Assembly: GCA_964016885.1 (NCBI GenBank)
Contig: OZ024743.1
Location: forward strand, 11,222,001 to 11,286,000
From: Eledone cirrhosa
Lineage: Eukaryota
Length of the DNA stretch: 64,000 nt
Direction: 5' to 3'
Position numbers and translations under genes: made by a program. Shown here piece after piece: positions 62,946 through 64,000 of this stretch (position 1 is the stretch's first letter; each line of letters starts with the position of its first letter). The notes under the pieces were generated by a model. The model was not told where the DNA came from and did not search any database. It saw only the letters and a program-made list of their open reading frames with translations.

Positions 62946-63739
62946 AGGATACGGAACAATTTTGTGTGTGCCTTACTTATGATTATCCTAAGAAACGCTA
63001 ACCATTTATATTAAACTAGCATTTTTCAACCTTTTATGTGAAGATGGTTGAATCCCTTTGACCTACGAAATTTTAACCTGCTATCTTCTTCTCCCTTTTC
63101 TTCTTCTTCTTATTATTATTACAGCTACGGCCATCACTGTAGTACATATTACATTTATTTAAGCACAAAGTCACCCGTTAGCCATATCACTAACAAATGT
63201 ATAAAATTATGTTTCACCGATATATAAATTATCACTTTCTGGATAAAGGTTGTTGTTGAACATACTTGACAATATTTAGAATTCCGACTTAAAAATGACT
63301 TCCTAACTTTAACAACGAAACGTTTATCGAAAATTAAAAATGTTGCTTCACTGCATATAATTTCGCTCTCCGGCTTCTTTTAAATTATTTAACGAAGTGG
63401 TGAGAGGAGAGCCATCGGTGTCATTATCATCATCTATTTAGCTGCCAAAACCTTATTTGCTGCCTGTGTATTAATTACATTTCATACCCTAATTTGTTGC
63501 CATTACACAGAACAGGTACTAATATCACTTTCAAATTATACAAGTAGCAATGATTATTCTACATGACTGTCCTCTATTACTCAATATATTCCCCTGCAAG
63601 AGTATATAGTTGTTGTAAACTTATGTATTTAAGGTATTACTATTGATTCTTACGTTCACATTTCTGTGATTTATCATGTCAAATTTTGACACCTTCTCCA
63701 CCACAGACATTCTGGTGGTTTAGAGGAATGAAGTGTATA

Positions 63740-63900
63740 TACAATACTTTCTAATTTAGGCACAATGCCAGCAAAATGAGGGAGGATATATTCGACTAAA
63801 TCGACTACGGTACTTGACTTGTTCTTTATTTTATCTATCCAGGAAAGTTGAACAACAAAATGGATGTCAATGGAATTTGAATTCAAAACATAAAGAACCA
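63740..63900 (-). mobile_element. Decayed SINE family A copy
   Basis: tttctaatttaggcacaa..ccagcaa..aaatcgac..ggaatttgaattc. Confidence 0.6.
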
Positions 63901-64000
63901 GAAAATTATCGTAACGAATTTAATCCGACACTTTAACAATATAGTCAGTTCACCCCGTTAATAGCAATAATGAATTATACTTTAAGCTCATGACCAGTAA

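Overview
AT-rich, microsatellite-dense metazoan DNA. The SINE types and repeat landscape suggest a cephalopod or other mollusc (inference). The window is dominated by retroelements. There are six minus-strand copies of a Tx1-like (L1 group) non-LTR family, with a CCHC-knuckle ORF1 and an APE-RT-zinc finger ORF2. They form three head-to-tail pairs embedded in (GATA)n or (AAT)n microsatellites. One copy (46261-52287) has two intact ORFs, one is intact except that ORF2 lacks an AUG, one is interrupted, one is internally deleted and two are 3' fragments. Despite strong divergence, the three full-length copies share a consensus 5' splice site (GTRAGTG) plus a pyrimidine tract at the ORF1/ORF2 junction. 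Five copies show AG|G at or next to the ORF2 stop. Copies with a 5' end carry a 5'-proximal GT(A/G)AG and conserved UTR hairpins. This raises the hypothesis that ORF2 sits in a retained intron, or that the family uses a U1-dependent control. Also present: Penelope-like fragments with three distinct intact-looking type I hammerhead motifs (five copies including inverted mirrors) and long palindromes; decayed RTE, CRE-like and CR1-like LINE pieces; two hAT-type MITEs; tRNA-derived SINEs; a ~4.5 kb 44/46-bp satellite; a 60/63-bp minisatellite; and a tentative chain of phase-compatible plus-strand host exons. All alignments and folds were done by eye.
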